This document shows positions 39,628 through 44,262 of a stretch of DNA of 44,262 nt, one piece after another. Every line of letters starts with the position of its first letter. The stretch's first letter is position 1. Origin of the DNA: Candidatus Bathyarchaeia archaeon (GTDB taxonomy: Archaea > Thermoproteota > Bathyarchaeia > Bathyarchaeales > Bathycorpusculaceae); NCBI GenBank assembly GCA_038882975.1, contig JAVZNE010000011.1, positions 1-44,262 on the forward strand, in the 5' to 3' direction. The notes beneath the pieces were generated by a model. The model had not been told where the DNA came from. It made no database searches and worked only from the letters and a program-made list of their open reading frames with translations. The translations under genes and the position numbers were made by a program.

Positions 39628-39905
39628 GCGACGTTAAAAGCGACTTGCAAAGCATTGCGGCTGGAGCTTTCTTGGCTATTCAGCCCCCTCAAGGCGAGGA
39701 ATGGGTTATCCATAACATTTATCATGAGCATGATGTTGAGCTTCACTTTTATGATGGAACAAACAGCCTTGCCTTTGACACAGATGCTGGCGCCGGCGTT
39801 TATGCTAAATATGCTTTTCATTGCACTAACAGCCGCTATATCCGCGTGAAAAACACGAACACTTCAGCCCGCCTAATAGGCTTCTGCGGTGTGCAGACTA
39901 AATGA
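39618..39905 (+). CDS. Small beta-rich hypothetical (putative structural) protein
   Basis: Overlaps both neighbours; IQPPQGEEWVIHNI, YIRVKN. Confidence 0.65.
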   Translation: MAVGDVKSDLQSIAAGAFLAIQPPQGEEWVIHNIYHEHDVELHFYDGTNSLAFDTDAGAGVYAKYAFHCTNSRYIRVKNTNTSARLIGFCGVQTK

Positions 39906-40651
39906 CAAGGTTAACGCCTCTGCTGACCAACCTCAAAACGTTAGATATAACTTACTCTAAGCAAGAAACGCTTTTAGATACGCCTGAAACTTTGCCCACA
40001 AGCGAGCCCGCCACTCCGCAGATAGGCTACACGGTTCAGAACAGCGATTTGCCCGTTTTGAGCTTTCCACCTTACAAAAAAGTTTGGGTTGCCTTTCTCT
40101 TAGGCGCAGGAAAATTCCCTACCGCTGGAACAATTTACTGGCGTATGAAAAAGAACGGTGCAAATGTTGCTTCAAGTTCAACTTCAGTTTCAACAAACTA
40201 TTATTATACTGTGTGCTGTTTTTTCAATAATGTTGCTGTAGACGATGTTCTAGAATTAGCCTTATGGTCAAGTGTAAACGGTAACAACTGGGATTATAAA
40301 GCATTTCAAATACAAGTTTCACGCATAATTCCCACAAATAAGCCGAGACTGCTTATGCCATGCGCTTTCACCTCGCTTGCCACGCATCCACAACTAACTC
40401 TGGGCAACCCATCATCATCTGTCACCAACCTTTACATCTACCACCTTGATAAAAACATTGGTAACATTAACACTGCCACAACATATGAGTGCATGTACCC
40501 CAAAGACACTTATGGATTATGCCAAATCTATTACGGCGACAACTATCTACCTAACTCTGCCACCGTTAGAACAAGCAGCACTTACCGCCCATATTATTAC
40601 CGCAACTATGTTCCAGCCCAGATACGGTTCAGAGGCGTAAAAATTGACTGA
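39902..40651 (+). CDS. Beta-rich T/Y/N-rich protein, possible receptor-binding or fibre protein
   Basis: 249 aa, AT-richer than its neighbours, coupled overlaps on both sides. Confidence 0.55.
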   Translation: MTRLTPLLTNLKTLDITYSKQETLLDTPETLPTSEPATPQIGYTVQNSDLPVLSFPPYKKVWVAFLLGAGKFPTAGTIYWRMKKNGANVASSSTSVSTNYYYTVCCFFNNVAVDDVLELALWSSVNGNNWDYKAFQIQVSRIIPTNKPRLLMPCAFTSLATHPQLTLGNPSSSVTNLYIYHLDKNIGNINTATTYECMYPKDTYGLCQIYYGDNYLPNSATVRTSSTYRPYYYRNYVPAQIRFRGVKID

Positions 40652-41186
40652 GACCAGCGAATATGGCGACGTAATCACAAACGCCTATATAGACGAATGG
40701 GGAAGACGGCGAGCCAACAGCCTATTAGAGGACGGTGTCAAAATATTAGCTTTTGTTGGCGCGCCAATAATTAGGGCGTGGTTTAACTCGCTGATGGCAA
40801 CCCACAATCTTAGGCGCCCCCACCGCGCTATAAAAATGGCTCAAGCTTTGCAGACATTGCATACATGGTTTGTCTCTGTTCCAGCAGTGATAATTAGGCA
40901 GTGGTCTGCAACCCTCAAATTGTCCCACATCCTCCGCAGACCGGAAAGGAAAATGCTTTACACACAAGCCTTAAAACCCGCCCACACATTAAGAAAACCC
41001 TTAAGAGTTATAAGGATTCCAGCTCTTCTCAGCTTAATCCACACCCATAGACGACCGCACCGCCTGATAAGGCTTCTTCAACTGCCAGGGCTAATCCATG
41101 TATGCTATATTTCTAAGCCCGGCGTGAAGAAAACAAGGCTTTTCCTAGTGATAGGTGAGTTAGCCCTTCAACTATCCGGAGACTAA
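40644..41186 (+). CDS. Basic protein with ~19-aa HxxRRPxR repeats
   Basis: HNLRRPHR, HILRRPER, HTLRKPLR, HTHRRPHR. Confidence 0.6.
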   Translation: MTETSEYGDVITNAYIDEWGRRRANSLLEDGVKILAFVGAPIIRAWFNSLMATHNLRRPHRAIKMAQALQTLHTWFVSVPAVIIRQWSATLKLSHILRRPERKMLYTQALKPAHTLRKPLRVIRIPALLSLIHTHRRPHRLIRLLQLPGLIHVCYISKPGVKKTRLFLVIGELALQLSGD

Positions 41187-42188
41187 AACCTTCATTTTAA
41201 ACTGGTACGTTGTGTTCTCGTCTATTACGTAGAAGATATGCTCCTGATCTTCAGTCACATGCACCACTGGTTTTGCGAGAATCTCAGCGATCTTCGCCAG
41301 TTCGCTTAAATCCTTAACCTCTATGATTGTCTGCGGCAAAGTTTTCGGTGCTTCCAAAGCTTCAACAACTAGATCCTTGTAAGGCGCTATAATCCTCTCC
41401 AATGGTTTCCAAACCCTCGGCTTGGCCTTAAAATGGAAAAATGTTGAGAAGGTCAACCCAGCCAAAGCCGCTACAACTAAAATGTATGAGACGTAACGTT
41501 GACCGACAACTTCCTGATGGATTATTTTTTCTGTCTCTGTTAGTGCACCAGCCTTCGAGTGATGTAATGGCGCGATAACTGTTATTTCGCCCTTGTCGGT
41601 TTGCTGAAAAGAAATTATTAAGGTTGGCGAAAACATCTCATTTATCCTTCCAACAGTTGTTTCGGCTCTCACGGTGAAGGTTGGCTTAATCTCCAAGCTG
41701 TATGCCCTTGTGCTAGTCCCAATTTCTGCATCCATTTCCGCCTTCAACTGGTCTAACCATGTCTTATTTACTGTTGGAAAAGCGATTTCGATTTGTGTCT
41801 GGTCCGTTGTGTTTGGCGCGGTTCTGCTTATCTCATAAGTCCACCCTGAAGCCTTGAGGATCCACATTACAGTGTAGGTTATTTGGACACTTGTCAGTGG
41901 CTGGCTTGCGTTAAACTTGTATGTTAAGGTTAAATTTATGTTGCGAACCAGCCTCGTATAAAGCGTTTCGTATTCTGGTCCCACCACGCTTTTATTGTCA
42001 TACACGAGGTTCGGCGTTTTAACCAAAGCCAAATAATTGTAGTTCGCTATACTTTCATAAGCGCAAAGCGTTTTTGTTTCAGACTCCTCCACGGGAATTT
42101 GATGCACAACATAAAATGTCACAAGTGCAATTATGGTTAGAATTATAAATACTGCGAGGAGAACCATGGTCTTTTGGAGCTTCCTCAA
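41172..42188 (-). CDS. DUF5305-like two-TM membrane protein
   Basis: N-terminal TM, extracellular beta domain with N-x-S/T sites, second TM, C-terminal YKDLVVE...IEVKDLSELAKIAEILAKPVVH...YVID..T.Y. Confidence 0.75.
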   Translation of the reverse strand: MRKLQKTMVLLAVFIILTIIALVTFYVVHQIPVEESETKTLCAYESIANYNYLALVKTPNLVYDNKSVVGPEYETLYTRLVRNINLTLTYKFNASQPLTSVQITYTVMWILKASGWTYEISRTAPNTTDQTQIEIAFPTVNKTWLDQLKAEMDAEIGTSTRAYSLEIKPTFTVRAETTVGRINEMFSPTLIISFQQTDKGEITVIAPLHHSKAGALTETEKIIHQEVVGQRYVSYILVVAALAGLTFSTFFHFKAKPRVWKPLERIIAPYKDLVVEALEAPKTLPQTIIEVKDLSELAKIAEILAKPVVHVTEDQEHIFYVIDENTTYQFKMKVLVSG

Positions 42189-42299
42189 ACTTCCACACAG
42201 CCAATATTTTACTTTTAAAATGATGTTTCTTGAAAAATGTTTTGTTAGTAAGAGTCTTCAGTATTCATTTGCAAAGAGCTTACTAGAAGATTTTTATTT

Positions 42300-42323
42300 T
42301 AATCTAGATTTCTAATCTAGTTT
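42300..42323. promoter_or_regulatory. Tandem TAATCTAG(A/T)TT repeats, putative operator
   Basis: TAATCTAGATT (contains the palindrome AATCTAGATT) and TAATCTAGTTT, 13 bp apart, in the divergent intergenic region. Confidence 0.45.
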
Positions 42324-42366
42324 AAAAATTCTTACCTCTTTATAAAGGGGCGTTCACCCCTTTTAT

Positions 42367-42780
42367 GTGGAGATAGGAAGTGGGATTTTGCCGACAAAAC
42401 TTGAGAAACTTCTAGAGGTTTTAGGCGATGGAGCATGGCACCCTTTAGAGGAAGTCGCCAAAGCCCTGAACATGCCGGCGGAGAGGTTTCAGCAAGTGGT
42501 GGATCTTCTTGCCGATGTTGGAATAATTCAGCGAAATTCAGCTACAAACGAGGTTAAGTTAAACCAGAACTGGAAGACCCTCATGATTGGTCAGGGAGAT
42601 GAGGGCTTGGAAGACTCTGAGAAACCAATTTACGGAAAGGTGCTTGGCACCATAATAGTTCCTCCCCAAAAGGCTGTTGTTATCCAGTGCACTCAAATAA
42701 CAAACCTCACGGATACAAGCCTTGAACTTGAAATATGCGTCGATAAGAAGATTGAAGAAATAACTATAAGCAAAGTTTAG
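42367..42780 (+). CDS. HTH protein with a small C-terminal beta domain
   Basis: LLEVLGDGAWHPLEEVAKAL...VVDLLADVGII. Confidence 0.7.
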   Translation: MEIGSGILPTKLEKLLEVLGDGAWHPLEEVAKALNMPAERFQQVVDLLADVGIIQRNSATNEVKLNQNWKTLMIGQGDEGLEDSEKPIYGKVLGTIIVPPQKAVVIQCTQITNLTDTSLELEICVDKKIEEITISKV

Positions 42781-43043
42781 ATGGAAAAGAGCTCGTCTGC
42801 CCTCTGTAAAATTTTGAGGAGTTCCTTTCCCTTATCAGTTGTTTTAAATATGGTTATCCCGCTCGGATTTGGGGTTATGCATTCCAGTAACTTGGCTTTC
42901 AACAGTTCTCTTAAATAATAATTGAATCTTTCGAGGTTTAAGTTACACCTATACATAAGCCTTGTCTTGTTGGCTCCATTCAAGGCTTCGCTTAAAATTT
43001 CGCAAATAATCTCCTTCTTGCTCCTCCTCTTCCGCTCTCCCAT
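42777..43043 (-). CDS. Archaeal winged-helix regulator (HTH_45-like)
   Basis: RRSKKEIICEIL, GANKTRLMYRCNLN, FKTTDKGKELL. Confidence 0.85.
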   Translation of the reverse strand: MGERKRRSKKEIICEILSEALNGANKTRLMYRCNLNLERFNYYLRELLKAKLLECITPNPSGITIFKTTDKGKELLKILQRADELFSI

Positions 43044-43284
43044 ACGCAGACTCTTCAATCGGATTTGGAATTAGAACAATTGGGTGTCATATTAAATGCT
43101 AAAACCCTCTAATAAAATTAACGATTAACCATTAAAATACATCAGAAAAGCACAAAACAAAAGTATTTTAATAAAATAGCGAAAATTTTTTGGTTAAATA
43201 AAAAATTATTCAGAAAATAGCTTTATAAACGTGAAAATTGCTTAAATTTTGCCCCTCCAAATTCCTTATCGGAGGCAGCAGCGT

Positions 43285-43638
43285 TTGGCAAGTGTTTCCG
43301 TTGAGGATGTTCGGGATGTCTTAAACATAGGGGCTGCTGACATTCCAAACGAGAAAATTGTTAAGATGATTAAGAGGGCTGAGGTGGCTTTAGAGCTTGA
43401 GCTTGGAAAGGATATCGACTACGCGGACTGCACAGAAGCTGAAAAAGAGGCTATAACGCTTCTTGCAGCCATATATGCCATCTGCTATTTGACGGGCGGC
43501 TCGGCTGTTGGCTTAAACTTCACTCTAGGCGACGAAGGCATAAGCGTACTAAACAATGCTCCGCCACTGAATGTTCTGCAGAGCGAGTTAGAGCGAATTT
43601 TAGCCGTTTTAAAGCAGCCCCATTTTGGGAGGGTTTAA
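43285..43638 (+). CDS. Putative head-tail adaptor/connector protein
   Basis: (M)ASVSVEDVRDVL...IPNEKIVKMIKRAE helical pattern, then G.NFTLGD..IS hairpin, as in gp6/gp15-like adaptors; GGAGG RBS. Confidence 0.62.
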   Translation: MASVSVEDVRDVLNIGAADIPNEKIVKMIKRAEVALELELGKDIDYADCTEAEKEAITLLAAIYAICYLTGGSAVGLNFTLGDEGISVLNNAPPLNVLQSELERILAVLKQPHFGRV

Positions 43639-43643
43639 GCCTT

Positions 43644-44262
43644 TTGGGAAAAGTTCCAGAAGCCTATTACGCCTTTGTCATGGATTATGCACCCTACGTT
43701 TATGTTTTTCCGCCGGGCAATCCAGACCAGGAATGGGGGCGGGCAGCCTTTGCAGCAGCCTTCGCCATAGACTTCCTTTATGAGGCTTATTTCGCCAAAC
43801 AGTTTAGCAACCGAAAAACAGTCATATACAACAAGATTGTTTCGCTGGCGGATTGGATTTTAACCCAGCAGTGCACAGATCAGCAGAAAAAGGCTTATGG
43901 CGGATTTCAAAGTACAGAAAACAGCACTTATTATTATGCCATTGATGCTTGCCGTGTTATTCCATCGCTTCTTAAAGCCTATGAGTTGACTGGCAACGGC
44001 GACTACCTAAATGCTGCACGGTTGGCTGGAAACACTTTCCTTAGGGTTATGCAGGAAAAACAGCCTTATGGTGGTTTTGCAAGAGCCGTTGATATAAGCG
44101 ACCATTGGCTTTTGCAGTTGGATGTTGAATGCCTTTATGGGCTTATTGGCTTAAAAATGTTGGCTGAAAAGTATGATGTGGCAAACGCTGGTCTATACCA
44201 AAACATGATGCACAAGGCTGCTGATTTCCTCCGCGAGGGCTTTGAAGGCTTATGGCTTCACT
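43644..44262 (+). CDS. Alpha/alpha-toroid protein (six-hairpin glycosidase or prenyltransferase-like), 3' end outside window
   Basis: Not in the ORF track. Manual translation: MGKVPEAYYAFVMDYAP...LADWILTQQC...YGGF...LLKAYELTGNGDYLNAARLAG...QPYGGF, open to the window end. Confidence 0.65.
   Translation, partial: MGKVPEAYYAFVMDYAPYVYVFPPGNPDQEWGRAAFAAAFAIDFLYEAYFAKQFSNRKTVIYNKIVSLADWILTQQCTDQQKKAYGGFQSTENSTYYYAIDACRVIPSLLKAYELTGNGDYLNAARLAGNTFLRVMQEKQPYGGFARAVDISDHWLLQLDVECLYGLIGLKMLAEKYDVANAGLYQNMMHKAADFLREGFEGLWLH

Noticed and set aside
1-44262. CRISPR array, tRNA/rRNA genes, transposase or integrase
   Set aside because: No regularly spaced repeats, cloverleaf or recombinase motifs were recognised by eye. 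The repeats found are intragenic domain duplications.

Overview
Archaeal chromosomal window. Gene content and style suggest Bathyarchaeia or a related TACK lineage; this is an inference. The left ~30 kb is cellular: three thiolase-fold genes with two DUF35 partners, a PEF-CTERM-anchored repeat surface protein, HAD, nitroreductase, TauE and ModE genes, a ~2050-aa S8 protease split by one frameshift, a long RpoH carrying a eukaryote-like Rpb5 N-terminal domain, tldD/tldE, an nrdR-nrdD-nrdG operon with two NrdR boxes, a GNAT, and a PAS/GAF histidine kinase with a receiver and two DUF3227-like genes. From ~30.5 kb there is a divergent ribbon-helix-helix pair, an ABC-ATPase/TOPRIM pair and an intact HK97-type head module (prohead protease, DUF2190 decoration protein, major capsid protein, portal, holin-like and fibre-like genes, head-tail adaptor). 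Within the window this module has no terminase, integrase, replication gene or tape measure. Its gene order is rearranged and cellular-type genes interrupt it. The best candidate for an undescribed system is therefore a domesticated, GTA-like particle locus, although a partial or decaying provirus cannot be excluded because the module runs off the right edge. All family calls come from motif recognition by eye; no database search was run.
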